DNA from: Parvibaculum sp.
GTDB lineage: Bacteria; Pseudomonadota; Alphaproteobacteria; Parvibaculales; Parvibaculaceae
Length of the DNA stretch: 64,000 bases
NCBI GenBank assembly: GCA_040216885.1
Contig: JAVJOG010000008.1
Span: forward strand, 64,361-128,360
Direction: 5' to 3'
Made by a program: the position numbers and the translations under genes. Shown piece after piece: positions 38,467-47,567 of the stretch (the stretch's first letter is position 1; each line of letters opens with the position of its first letter). The notes below the pieces were generated by a model, which ran no database searches, had not been told where the DNA came from, and saw nothing but the letters and a program-made list of their open reading frames with translations.

Positions 38467-39351
38467 TCAGTTCCGCTTGCCGCCATCGTTCGGACCTTCG
38501 CCGGCGCGCGACACCACGAAGTCGTTGCCCGGCATATGCGGGAAGCCGCGAAAATTGACGCCATTGGCGAATTTCGCGCGGCAGGTCGCGAACTGCTTGT
38601 CGCATCCGGCCGTCACCGCGAATGTGTCGCCTTCCGCGACCGGCCGCGCCATGCGCCGCCAGAGTTCGAGCCGCGTTCCGCCGGGCACAAGCGCATGCGC
38701 CTTCACTTCCATCGCCGCGCCTTCATTTGCACCGCTTGTGAAACCCAGTTTGCCGCGCTCGAACCATCCGGCGGCAAAACCGCCAAGTCCGCTTGCCACG
38801 AGAACACGGTCGTCCTCGGCGCTCGTCACGGCGCCCTCGCCGCGAAAACCCGATGAAGAAAGATCGATGCCGCAGCGTGCATCGCCCAGATCGGCGTCGC
38901 AGCCATACTGGAAGATGCGGCCCGTCGGCTGGTTGAGGCGGTGCGCGAGGCCGCGCAACTCGGCGCTGAAGGCGCCGCCGCCCCGCGTCACCTCGCCGAT
39001 ATTTCCCTTGCGCAACAACACACGCTCTTCGACCGCTTGCCAGTTGACCCGCCAGATCTCGATTTCGGCATCGTCATAGAGACCGGCCGCGATATCGCCC
39101 TCCTCGATCCGCGCCGACGACAAGGCGCCCGCGACATCGAGATTGTCGACCGCGAGCCCCGACGAATTTTCAAGTGCCGTCGCCGTGAAGCCGCCCGCCG
39201 CCTCGTAGGTCGTGCCGTCGAACGCGATATCGCGATCGTGATCGGTGAAGCCCATGACGAGTCCGTCCGCCCGCAACAGCTTCCAGCACGTCGCCAGCGT
39301 CGTCGCGCCCGACGCCAGATGCGCCGCGAGACCGGGGGAGAGCGTCTTCAT
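38467..39351 (-). CDS. GTA baseplate hub protein (DUF2163, g13-like)
   Basis: GFTDHDRD, CDADLGDARC, GCDK.FATC..KF.N..NFRGFPHMPGND. Confidence 0.92.
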   Translation of the reverse strand: MKTLSPGLAAHLASGATTLATCWKLLRADGLVMGFTDHDRDIAFDGTTYEAAGGFTATALENSSGLAVDNLDVAGALSSARIEEGDIAAGLYDDAEIEIWRVNWQAVEERVLLRKGNIGEVTRGGGAFSAELRGLAHRLNQPTGRIFQYGCDADLGDARCGIDLSSSGFRGEGAVTSAEDDRVLVASGLGGFAAGWFERGKLGFTSGANEGAAMEVKAHALVPGGTRLELWRRMARPVAEGDTFAVTAGCDKQFATCRAKFANGVNFRGFPHMPGNDFVVSRAGEGPNDGGKRN

Positions 39352-39354
39352 CGG

Positions 39355-39990
39355 TCACAACCTCACTTCGACCACCGGCACGGCCGGCACACTGCCGGCT
39401 TCGAAGGCGCCGAGGTCGATATCGAGAAAATCCGTGTCGAAACGCACCGGCACGTCGAAGGCGAAACCGGCGGTCACGCTCGCTCCCGATGCCGGTGCGG
39501 CGGCGATGAACGTCACGATGCCGGTCGCGGGGTCGACAGAGAAATCCGTGCCTGCGGTTTTTTCGACGCCGCCGACCGCGACGCGCACACTGCCCGAGAC
39601 CGGCTTTGCGATCTCGCGCGTGTAGCTCGCGCCGCCCGACGCATAGATCTTGACGAGTTGAAACGCGGTGCGCGTTCCGTCGCCCGCGCCGAGCATCTGG
39701 TCCGTCGCCGCGATGCCCGCGCCCGGCGCGCCGCTTTTCCAGTCGGCGCGGTCCTTCCAGCGAAAGCCGTGCAGCCGTCCGTGCCGCGCCTCGAAAAATT
39801 CGATCAGCGCATGAATGTCGTCGAGCGAACGCAGCCCGTAGCCGGCGTTGTAGCGCCGCCGCGATCCGGCCCAGGGGCTGTTGCGCTCCTCATGGCCCGA
39901 CCCCAGCGTCACAATCTCGGTGCGGCGCTCCGGCCCGCCCGACGAACCGAATGCGATGTCGAGCGGAAAACGGATCTCGTGAAAGGCCAT
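39355..39990 (-). CDS. GTA distal tail protein (DUF2460, g12-like)
   Basis: FHEIRFP, GGPERRTEIVTL.SGHEERN, FFEARHG, FDVPVRFDTD. Confidence 0.93.
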   Translation of the reverse strand: MAFHEIRFPLDIAFGSSGGPERRTEIVTLGSGHEERNSPWAGSRRRYNAGYGLRSLDDIHALIEFFEARHGRLHGFRWKDRADWKSGAPGAGIAATDQMLGAGDGTRTAFQLVKIYASGGASYTREIAKPVSGSVRVAVGGVEKTAGTDFSVDPATGIVTFIAAAPASGASVTAGFAFDVPVRFDTDFLDIDLGAFEAGSVPAVPVVEVRL

Positions 39991-39991
39991 G

Positions 39992-40621
39992 TCAGAGGTT
40001 CCTCGTTCCCCGTTTCGCTGCCCGCGCCAGCATCGCGGCGATCTGCGATTCCGAGCGGCGGAAACTTTCGGCGTCCGCCGCCGTCACATTGAAGGTCACG
40101 TTGATCGCGCTACCGCCGCCTTCCGTCGCCACGCCAAGGCGTCCATCCGCGCCGCGCTTCAGCGGCAAGATCGCTTCCGGGCCCGCCTCGCCTGCCAGCC
40201 CCGCGCCGCCGCGCAGCGGAAACAGCATCGGACTGTTGACGACACCGCCCTTGGCAAAAGGCATCACGCGGCCATCGGCAAAAGCATTGCCCTTTGCGCT
40301 GCCGATAATGCCGCCGACAAGACCGCTCAAGCCGCCCGCGACCGCGCCCGAGATCGAGCGCGTCACGCTTTCAAGCGCGAGGCGCGAAATATCGAGCGCC
40401 AGTTTCCGCAGCACATCGGAAAGCGAGCGGCCCTTCAGCGCGATGCCGTCAAAGGCACTCGACAAGGCGCGGCCGAAATCACGCCCGCCGGCGCCGGCGC
40501 GGCGATAGTCCTCGGTCACGCCGCGCAGCGTGCGCTGCGTTTCGAGACCGAAGGCGCGCGTTGCCGCTGCCGCCTCCTCCATGGCGCGCGCCGTCGCCGC
40601 CGGATCGGTGTCGGGGGTCAT
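39992..40621 (-). CDS. Short GTA tail tape measure protein
   Basis: 209 aa; FAKGGVV..P, GEAGPEAILPL.RG.DGRLGV, SFRRSESQIAA. Confidence 0.9.
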   Translation of the reverse strand: MTPDTDPAATARAMEEAAAATRAFGLETQRTLRGVTEDYRRAGAGGRDFGRALSSAFDGIALKGRSLSDVLRKLALDISRLALESVTRSISGAVAGGLSGLVGGIIGSAKGNAFADGRVMPFAKGGVVNSPMLFPLRGGAGLAGEAGPEAILPLKRGADGRLGVATEGGGSAINVTFNVTAADAESFRRSESQIAAMLARAAKRGTRNL

Positions 40622-40631
40622 CTCGTCTCCA

Positions 40632-40826
40632 TCAGTCGGGGAAGCGCCGCATCAGTCCTTCGAGTTCGCCGCGCGCCATCGGCGCTTGCGCGCCCTGCCC
40701 GTCAAGCGCCCGTGTCGCTGCCGCAAGCTCCGGCAGCGTCAGCCGCCAGAAAATCTCGGGCGCGAGGCGCAGCCGGCCGAGGCCGAGCGTCATCGCCTCG
40801 TCCCAGGGAAAGCGCGCCGCGCTCAT
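40632..40826 (-). CDS. Phage tail assembly chaperone (small)
   Basis: GLGRLRLAPEIFWRLT..EL, LMRRFPD. Confidence 0.85.
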   Translation of the reverse strand: MSAARFPWDEAMTLGLGRLRLAPEIFWRLTLPELAAATRALDGQGAQAPMARGELEGLMRRFPD

Positions 40827-41146
40827 TTCGTCTCCGCGCCGCCGCCAAAGGTCGCCGACAGCAGATCGGCGACCACGGCAATGAAGCCCGCCGCGCCGCC
40901 CTCGGCCGTCAGCCGCGCCACCTCGGCGTCGGAAATCTCGGCGCCCGCGCCGCGCAAACCCGCGCCGATCACGCGCACCGCGTCCATCGCCGAAATGCGT
41001 CCCGTCTCGAAGCGTGCCGCCAGCGCCAGCATGTCCTCGCCGCCGAAGGCCTGTTCGAGTTCGGCGAGCGCCCCCAGCGTCAGCACCAGCACCCGCCGCT
41101 CGCCGCCGAGCATCGCCTCGATCTCGCCTCTGTGACGGTTGGCCAT
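40823..41146 (-). CDS. GTA gp10-family tail assembly chaperone
   Basis: MANRHRGEI, LTLGALAELE, GAGLRG. Confidence 0.88.
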   Translation of the reverse strand: MANRHRGEIEAMLGGERRVLVLTLGALAELEQAFGGEDMLALAARFETGRISAMDAVRVIGAGLRGAGAEISDAEVARLTAEGGAAGFIAVVADLLSATFGGGAETK

Positions 41147-41148
41147 GC

Positions 41149-41562
41149 TCAAGCCGCCGTGAAGGCGATGGCGCCGGCGCTTTCGAGCGCCAGGTCGAAT
41201 GTCACTTCGCCGTCATGCTCGCCGGAAAATTCCAGCGCGACGATCTGGAACGGGCCTTGAACCGTTCCGAAGTCGGGGATCACCACCTGCCAGTCGCGGA
41301 TCGCGCCGTCGAAAAAGATTTGTCTGACGCTCGCATCCGAGCCCGCATCCTTGAAGATGCCGCGCCCGGTCACGCCGGCCGAGCGGACGCCCGCGCCTTC
41401 CAGCAGCTCGCGCCAGCGCCCGGCCGATTCCGCATGGGTAATGTCGACGGGCCGTGCGTTGAAGGCGAGCGCGCGCGAGCGCAGCCCGGCAACGGTCGCG
41501 AAACTGCCCGTGCCGGTCTCGTCGAGCTTCACCAGCAGGTCCTTGCCTTTCTGGGCGGTCAT
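41149..41562 (-). CDS. Major tail tube protein (TP901-1 family)
   Basis: AQKGKDLL.K, TVAGLR, WRELL, PDFG..GPFQI..LE. Confidence 0.93.
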   Translation of the reverse strand: MTAQKGKDLLVKLDETGTGSFATVAGLRSRALAFNARPVDITHAESAGRWRELLEGAGVRSAGVTGRGIFKDAGSDASVRQIFFDGAIRDWQVVIPDFGTVQGPFQIVALEFSGEHDGEVTFDLALESAGAIAFTAA

Positions 41563-41578
41563 TGCACGTTCCTTTCGT

Positions 41579-41980
41579 TCATGTTTGTTCCGTCACGGCG
41601 CGGAAGCGGATCGTGCCGCGCCAGGTCGTGCCGTCGGCTTCGCGCCGCGTGTCCGCATCGAGAAAACGCAGATTGACCAGCGCATGACCTTCAATCGTCA
41701 GCGCCGCGTCGTGCAGCACCGCACGCACCGCGCCGAGGATCGCCTTTGCCTGCGTCCGCCCGCCGCCGCGCGTGAAGGCGCGGAAGGCGAGCCGGTGTTC
41801 GGCGCCCGCGCCCTCGCCTACGCTCCAGTCGCGCATCTCGCTTTCGCCGAGCGTCAGGTAGGGCAACGCCACGTCGTCCGGCGGATTGTCGTGGATGCGC
41901 GTGGCGACCAGCGCCGCCAGCGCCGCATCGGCGGCAAGCGCCGCATAAACGGCCTTCTGCAAGGCGATATCCGCGTTCAT
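41579..41980 (-). CDS. Tail terminator protein (DUF3168)
   Basis: ALQKAVYAAL, PYLTLGE, LVNLRF, RFRAVTE. Confidence 0.85.
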   Translation of the reverse strand: MNADIALQKAVYAALAADAALAALVATRIHDNPPDDVALPYLTLGESEMRDWSVGEGAGAEHRLAFRAFTRGGGRTQAKAILGAVRAVLHDAALTIEGHALVNLRFLDADTRREADGTTWRGTIRFRAVTEQT

Positions 41981-42297
41981 TGGCCGCCCTCCTCGCAGTC
42001 GATCAGCAGCATGTGCCGCTTGCCATCGATGTCGCACAGGGTCCGGATGTCGAGCACCCGGCCCTGCCACATCAGGCGCATGTCGGGCGTCACGTCGCTC
42101 CGGTAGCGGATCAACACCTGCAGGCGGCGGCGCGCCTCCATGCGTTCGCCGGCGGGCCGTTCGCGCCCCGACAGCACCATGACGCTCGCCCAGACGGTTG
42201 CGACATCGCTCCAGCTCACATCCGCGCCGCCGGCACCGTCCGGCGTCCGGACCGGCGCCTGCAGCGTCGCGCGCTCGCGCATCGCGCCCGCGTTCAC
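41977..42297 (-). CDS. Head closure (stopper) protein, SPP1 gp16-like
   Basis: PDGAGG...W..VATVWA, IRYRSDV, C-terminal CEE. Confidence 0.85.
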   Translation of the reverse strand: MNAGAMRERATLQAPVRTPDGAGGADVSWSDVATVWASVMVLSGRERPAGERMEARRRLQVLIRYRSDVTPDMRLMWQGRVLDIRTLCDIDGKRHMLLIDCEEGGQ

Positions 42298-42857
42298 AGC
42301 CGCACCCGTTTCCAGGGCGCGACAAGCGCCGTGATCGTGCGCGGCAGCTCGTTGCCGGCCGCCACCGGCTCGCGATGCTCGAACCAGTGCGCGACCAGCA
42401 GCAGCAGCGCCTGTTTCAGCGGCGGCGGCACATCGGCGGCCGCGCCGTAACCGGCCGTGAAATCCACCGCGATGCCCGCCAGCCGCGTCGCCGGCATCGG
42501 CCAGGCCTGACCGCGTTTGGCGGCAAGGCGCGGCGCGTCGTCGGCGAGATCGGTTTCGTAGAAACCCGGATCGATCGGCAGCATCGCGCCGCTGAGGCTC
42601 GCGACCTTCACTGCCGTCACGGCGGCAACCGGCGCGAGCGGCAACCGCACAGGGTCCGCCGGCCAGTCGTCCAGCGTCAGCCGCCAGCTTTGCGTCACGA
42701 AGGCGCGCCGCGTCTCCGCTTCGAGCGCCGCACGGGCCGCCGCGATCAGCGCCTCGACGAGCGGGTTCTCCTCCGTCCCGTCGAGGCGCAGATGCGCGCG
42801 CGCCTCCGCCAGCGTCACCGGCTCGGCGGCCGGGCCTGTCAGAAGCGCCAGCGTCAT
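42294..42857 (-). CDS. Head-tail connector (adaptor, gp6-like)
   Basis: PAAEPVTLAEARAHLRLD, TQSWRL.LD.WP, AGYG..VP..L.QA..LLVAHWFEHRE. Confidence 0.9.
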   Translation of the reverse strand: MTLALLTGPAAEPVTLAEARAHLRLDGTEENPLVEALIAAARAALEAETRRAFVTQSWRLTLDDWPADPVRLPLAPVAAVTAVKVASLSGAMLPIDPGFYETDLADDAPRLAAKRGQAWPMPATRLAGIAVDFTAGYGAAADVPPPLKQALLLLVAHWFEHREPVAAGNELPRTITALVAPWKRVRL

Positions 42858-43297
42858 GGCGTCACCGGCTTCAGATGCGCGTGCGCCAGCAGCGCCAGCA
42901 GCGCCAGCGCCGCGACGGGCGTGCCGTCCTCATGCGTGCCGGTCAGGCGGACCGCGACGCGCGTATAGCGCGCCGGGCCCACATAACCGATCCTGTAGTC
43001 GCGCTGGTCGCCCGCCACATCGTCGATGACGGCGAAGGTGCCGTCCTCGCCGAGCGGCCCGCCCAGCACCTCGCGTTGCTCGCCGACCGGCTGCCAATCG
43101 CCGCCGTTCTCCGAAACCTCGATCGCACAGGCGATCGCGAGTTCCGGCGAAAGCTCCTCGTCGGTCGCGCCGATGCAGACGATATGCTCCACCGCCTCGA
43201 AGCCCTTGCGGTCGACCGGCGCGCCGTAGCGCGTGGCGGTTGTCAGCGCGGGATCGAGCGTCTGCACGGTGGCGATGCCGCTATGGATGTCGCGCAT
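42854..43297 (-). CDS. Hypothetical beta-rich virion protein after capsid (possible decoration/cement protein)
   Basis: AGGAGG RBS; position immediately after the capsid gene; GY.G..RY.RV pattern seen in phage post-capsid proteins. Confidence 0.6.
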   Translation of the reverse strand: MRDIHSGIATVQTLDPALTTATRYGAPVDRKGFEAVEHIVCIGATDEELSPELAIACAIEVSENGGDWQPVGEQREVLGGPLGEDGTFAVIDDVAGDQRDYRIGYVGPARYTRVAVRLTGTHEDGTPVAALALLALLAHAHLKPVTP

Positions 43298-43307
43298 CTC
43301 GTTCCTC

Positions 43308-44621
43308 CTATTCCGCGAATTTCAGAAACTTGATCGCCTCGAAGTTCTGCACCCCGCCGCCGACGCGCTTGGTGGTGTAGAACAGCACGTAGGGTTTGGC
43401 GCTGTAGGGATCGCGCAGCACCCGCACGCCGAGCCGGTCGACGATCAGGTAGCCGCGCTTGAAATCGCCGAAGGCGATGGCCGGCGCATTGGCGCCGATC
43501 GACGGCATCTCTTCGGCCTCCGTCACCGGATAGTTCAGAAGCGTCGGCGGCTGACCGGCGGCCAGTGCCGGCTGCCAGAGATAATTGCCGTCGACATCCT
43601 TGAACTTGCGGATGACGGACTGCGTGGCGCGGTTCATCACGAAGCGGCCATTGGCGCGGTAGCCGGCCTTCACCGCATAGATGAGGTCGATCAGCTTGTC
43701 CGACGGATTGGTCGCCGGGAAAGCGCCGGCCGCGCCCGTCGCGACGAAACCGAGCTTGCCCCATTCCCAGCTCGCATCCGCCACCATCTCGTAGTCGAGG
43801 AAGCCGCGCGGCTTTTTCACGCCGTCGCCGGCGACGAAGGCGGCGCCTTCCTGTTCGGCGAAGACAGTCTGCACTTCCTCGGCCAGCCACTGGTCGATAT
43901 TGACGGCGGCATCGTCGAGCAGCGTCGAGGTCGCGGCGGGCATCGCGTAAAGCTCCATCGCCGGGAACTCGATTTCCGACAGCGTCGGCGTCGCGGTTTG
44001 TGCCCGCGCTTCCGTTTCGCCGACCCAGCCCGTTTGCGGGCCGCCGGTCGTGAACGGCTTCTTGTAGCTCGCGGCGCCGATCTGGCGGACACCGGCGATG
44101 GCGCGGATCGGCGACACTTCCGAGACGATGCGGTCGATCAGCCGTTCGGTTTCGACCGGCACCAGGTAGCCGCCGTCGGGTCCGGGCTGCGTCGACAGCG
44201 CCTTCGCTTCCAGCCCGCGCAGCTCATGCGCCTCGCCCTTGCGGACATAATGTTCGAAGGCGCGCTTGTGTTCGCGCGCCGCGGCGGGGCCGGCGCGGTC
44301 GCCGCCCAGTTCGGGCCGCGCGGCCGCCAGCGCCAAATCCTCGACCTTCTTCGTCTGCCGGTCGAGGGCGCGGTCGATGCGGGCGAGCTTTTCGTCGGTC
44401 AGCGGATCGGCCGCCACCTTGCGCTCGATCTCGCCGAGCCGCTCGTCGTTCGCCTCCTTGAAGGCCTCGAAGGACGTCAGCAGCTCGTCCATCGCCTCGC
44501 GCATTTCGGCGCCGGTCGCATCGGCGCTCTTGCGTTCGCCTTTGCCTTCGGGCGCGCTTTTGCGTTCCGGTTCCTTCAGCGAGGCGCCGACGCGCGGCAA
44601 ATCGTTCATCCACAATGACAT
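43308..44621 (-). CDS. HK97-fold major capsid protein
   Basis: DGGYLVP, ELYAMPAAT..LLDD, GDG..KPRGFL, FGDF..GY, RDPYSAKPYVLFYTTKRVGG. Confidence 0.96.
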   Translation of the reverse strand: MSLWMNDLPRVGASLKEPERKSAPEGKGERKSADATGAEMREAMDELLTSFEAFKEANDERLGEIERKVAADPLTDEKLARIDRALDRQTKKVEDLALAAARPELGGDRAGPAAAREHKRAFEHYVRKGEAHELRGLEAKALSTQPGPDGGYLVPVETERLIDRIVSEVSPIRAIAGVRQIGAASYKKPFTTGGPQTGWVGETEARAQTATPTLSEIEFPAMELYAMPAATSTLLDDAAVNIDQWLAEEVQTVFAEQEGAAFVAGDGVKKPRGFLDYEMVADASWEWGKLGFVATGAAGAFPATNPSDKLIDLIYAVKAGYRANGRFVMNRATQSVIRKFKDVDGNYLWQPALAAGQPPTLLNYPVTEAEEMPSIGANAPAIAFGDFKRGYLIVDRLGVRVLRDPYSAKPYVLFYTTKRVGGGVQNFEAIKFLKFAE

Positions 44622-44650
44622 GGGTTTCTCCGTTCGGGGGGTGAAAGGTT

Positions 44651-45196
44651 TCAGCTTCGGAAAAGACGCGCCGCCGCCCGCATCGCGCGAACGAGCGCCG
44701 CATCGGCGCTTCGGGCCGCCTTGACGGCGCTGACGCGCGCCTCGGGCAGCATCGGAAAAGTGACCACCGAGATTTCCCAGAGGTCGAGTTCGACGAGGCG
44801 GCGCGCGCCGCGCTTGCCGTCTTTCTCGGCGCGCACCACGTGGTAGCCGATCGACAAGCCGTCGACGGCACCGGCGCGCATCAGCGCCAGCACCTCGCGG
44901 GCGCGCGCCACATCGGTCAGCAACCGCCCGCGCACGAAGAGACCGCGCGCATCCTCGCTGATCTCGGTCCAGACGCCGATCACCTCGCCGGCATCGTGCT
45001 GGTAGAGGAGCTTGACGCCGCGTGGCCCCCGCTTTGCCAGCGCGCGCGCGAAGGCGCCCGGCATCACGATGTCGCGGCCGAGATCCTCCGCGCCGAAGAG
45101 CGACGCATAGCCCTCGAACGTCCCGTCGGGCCGGACGCTTTTCGCCTCAAACCGCGCCGCCTTGCGCTCCGCGCCTCTCCGTTCAGCCTCGCTCAC
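44651..45196 (-). CDS. HK97 family prohead protease
   Basis: FEGYASLFG..D, LLYQHD..IGVW, DGLSIGY, LWEISVVTFPM; GTG start with GGAGG RBS. Confidence 0.95.
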   Translation of the reverse strand: MSEAERRGAERKAARFEAKSVRPDGTFEGYASLFGAEDLGRDIVMPGAFARALAKRGPRGVKLLYQHDAGEVIGVWTEISEDARGLFVRGRLLTDVARAREVLALMRAGAVDGLSIGYHVVRAEKDGKRGARRLVELDLWEISVVTFPMLPEARVSAVKAARSADAALVRAMRAAARLFRS

Positions 45197-45244
45197 GCTT
45201 GATCCTCCGTTGTCGGATGGTTTCGGGGTTTGGGGTCGGGCAAC

Positions 45245-45267
45245 AAAAAAGGCGCCCTTGGGCGCCT
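45245..45267 (-). terminator. Intrinsic terminator inside the GTA cluster
   Basis: Minus strand aggcgcc-caag-ggcgcct followed by TTTTT. Confidence 0.7.
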
Positions 45268-45294
45268 AGTATTGCTCCGCTACTAAAAGTACAT

Positions 45295-45448
45295 CGTCAT
45301 GCCCGGACTTGATCCGGGCATCCAGAAGCCGCCGGAGGCGGCGTCTCGCTTCGTCAAGAATCCCTGTGCCGACACCCATATTGTATTTACGAAGATGGAC
45401 GGCGCGTTCCGCGCCTTCTGGATTGCCGGGTCAAGCCCGGCAATGACG
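45295..45448. repeat. CGTC-tagged REP-type palindromic pair
   Basis: cgtcatgcccggacttgatccgggcatcca ... tggattgccgggtcaagcccggcaatgacg; two hairpins in inverted orientation. Confidence 0.75.
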
Positions 45449-45486
45449 AGTTGGTGAGGTGAGAGAGATATACCTTTGTGGAAGAA

Positions 45487-45729
45487 CTACCTCTCCAGCC
45501 GCGCCTCGATCCGCGCCAGCGCCTCGCTCGCGCCCCGCGCGCGCTCCTCGAGCCTGGCCGTGCGCTCGACCATTTCGTCGATGCGGGCGGCGCGCATTTC
45601 GAGCGTCGTCAGGCGCTCCGACGCCGACCCGGCCCAGACAAGCGCCGCGCAGCTTTGCAGCAGCAGCGTCAGGATCACCGCGATCGGCACGCGCCGGTCG
45701 AGATGCCAGTGTTTTTCGTCGCCGTTCAT
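45487..45729 (-). CDS. Small GTA-associated TM plus coiled-coil protein (80 aa)
   Basis: GGGAG RBS; WHLDRRVPIAVILTLLLQ TM, then ERTARLEE..L.RIEARL coiled coil. Confidence 0.7.
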   Translation of the reverse strand: MNGDEKHWHLDRRVPIAVILTLLLQSCAALVWAGSASERLTTLEMRAARIDEMVERTARLEERARGASEALARIEARLER

Positions 45730-45774
45730 GTATGCTGCTCCCGTTCCCATCCCCGTCCGGAGACAAGACCTCGC

Positions 45775-46071
45775 ATGACCCCCGATGAATGGATGATCCT
45801 CGCCATGGGCATCGCGCTCGCCTGCGCGCCGATGCTTTTGATCTGGACCGAAAAGCGCACCCGCGCGCGTGGGCTCGCCGTGCCCGCGCTCGTCACGATC
45901 AAGGGCTACAGCCTCTCGCCCCATGCCGGCTTCGGCGCCGCCATCGGCGTGATGCTGCTTTATTTGTCGTATCAGGCTCGCGCGGGCAGCCTCGGCTTCG
46001 TCTTCATGGTCTTCGGCGTCGTCGCGCTGATCGTCGTCCTCAATCACGTCCAGAAGACGAAGGCCGGTTGA
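45775..46071 (+). CDS. Hypothetical 3-TM membrane protein, antisense to the GTA operon
   Basis: GGAGA RBS; 98 aa with three hydrophobic segments; 3' end overlaps the portal 3' end. Confidence 0.6.
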   Translation: MTPDEWMILAMGIALACAPMLLIWTEKRTRARGLAVPALVTIKGYSLSPHAGFGAAIGVMLLYLSYQARAGSLGFVFMVFGVVALIVVLNHVQKTKAG

Positions 46072-47254
46072 CCCGGCCATAGCCCACCGCCTCGCGCTTC
46101 TCCTCGTCTGACAGGAACCCCGCGCCGCCGATGCGGGCCCACAGCGCCTCGCGCTCGCTCGACAGGGCTTCGATGGCGTCGGCGTCGTACCAGAGCCGCA
46201 GGCGTTCGCCGCCCTCGTAATGCGGGGCCAGCCAGCGCGTCAGCGCGCGGGCCGTGCGCCCCAGCATCGGCAGCACCGTCGCCCGCCAGAAGGCGCGGTT
46301 GGCTTCGCGGTAATTCGCATAGGTGTTGTCGCCCGGAATGCCGAGCAGCATCGGCGGCACGCCGAAGGCGAGCGCGATGTCGCGCGCCGCGGCGTTTTTC
46401 GCGCCGATGAAATCCATGTCCTTTGGGCTCAGCCCCATCGGCTTCCAGTCGAGCCCGCCTTCGAGCAGCAGCGGCCGCCCGGCATTCGCCTGGCCGGTAT
46501 AATTGTCGGCCAGCTCGCGCTTCAGCCGTTCGAACTGGTCCTCGCTCAAATTCGCGCCCGCCTCGCCGCCCTTGTAGACCAGCGCGCCGGAAGGCCGCGC
46601 CGCGTTGTCGAGCAGCGCCTTGTTCCAGCCGCCGGCGGCGTTGTGGATGTCGATGGCGGTCGCCGCCGCTTCCAGCGGGCTCATCCCGTAATGATCGTCG
46701 AGCGGATGGAAGAGCCGCATATGCAGCACCGGACTTTCGCCCGAGCCCGCGTCGCAGGGGATCGTCACTACCCGTCCGTTGACGGAATATTCGTAAGCCG
46801 CCGGCCAGCCGCTCGCCCCCGGCACGACCTTCATCCGGTCGGGGCGCAGCACATGCAGCTCGCGCGGGCGTCCGTCCACCGACACCTGTTCGAGATAGGC
46901 ATTGCCCGCCACCTGCAAAAAGCCGAACCAGCTTTCGAAGAGGTCCGGCCCGGCCTGTGCGGCGTTCGGGCGTTCCAGCAGCGCCAGCAGCGGATGTTCG
47001 GCGAGCTCGCGCGGGCCGTCGTATAGCAGCCAGGGCACGCTCGCCGCGGCTTCCGCAATCGCCCGCACGCAGCGATAGGCGACCGCGTTGCCCTGAAATC
47101 CCTCGTCCGCCAGCGCCGCATAATCGCGCGGCGTCCAGACCGGCCGCCCCAACGTGTGAAAGGCGATCGCCGGCGCGACGCGGCTTTGCTTCACGTCGCG
47201 CTCGTCCGCGCGCGGACGCATCAGCCGCGAAAGCGCTGTCAACGGATTGGGCAT
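46040..47254 (-). CDS. HK97 family portal protein
   Basis: NAVAYRCVR.IAEAAAS, LL.RPN, GNAY, LRPDRM, NAARPSGAL, FGVPPMLLGIPGDNTYANY. Confidence 0.96.
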   Translation of the reverse strand: MPNPLTALSRLMRPRADERDVKQSRVAPAIAFHTLGRPVWTPRDYAALADEGFQGNAVAYRCVRAIAEAAASVPWLLYDGPRELAEHPLLALLERPNAAQAGPDLFESWFGFLQVAGNAYLEQVSVDGRPRELHVLRPDRMKVVPGASGWPAAYEYSVNGRVVTIPCDAGSGESPVLHMRLFHPLDDHYGMSPLEAAATAIDIHNAAGGWNKALLDNAARPSGALVYKGGEAGANLSEDQFERLKRELADNYTGQANAGRPLLLEGGLDWKPMGLSPKDMDFIGAKNAAARDIALAFGVPPMLLGIPGDNTYANYREANRAFWRATVLPMLGRTARALTRWLAPHYEGGERLRLWYDADAIEALSSEREALWARIGGAGFLSDEEKREAVGYGRVNRPSSSGRD

Positions 47255-47323
47255 GTGCCCTCCTCATATCGGTTGTCGAATGTTCAGGTGGCGGGTATGG
47301 CGCGCGGCCACCCCACCTAATGG

Positions 47324-47506
47324 CGTCACCCCGGCGCAAGCCGGGGTCCATGGGCGGACGACACAAATTCGAGAGTCGGATGGATCCCGGCTCTTGCCCC
47401 GGCGAATGCCGGGATCACCGGGATGACACTTTTATTTTTGGAGATGCAGAAATGCATTCGTCACCCCCAAAACCGTCATGGCCCGCTCTACGGGGGCCAT
47501 GACGGT
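47324..47506. repeat. CGTC-tagged REP-like hairpins
   Basis: cgtcaccccggcgcaagccggggtcca..tggatcccggc..gccgggat..gatgac and accgtcatggccc..gggccatgacggt. Confidence 0.65.
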
Positions 47507-47567
47507 GTTTGAGTGGCGAAAAGTGCAACCGAGTCCGCTTAGCCGGACAGCCATGAGGCAATCCAAC

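Noticed and set aside
34098-38558. 1486-aa plus-strand ORF and other long antisense ORFs (e.g. 10811-13606, 62343-63758)
   Set aside because: Shadow frames of real genes in high-GC DNA; Arg/Ala-rich with no motifs
40632-41146. Lambda G/GT-style programmed frameshift between tail chaperones
   Set aside because: No slippery heptamer seen; genes are joined by an ordinary ATGA overlap
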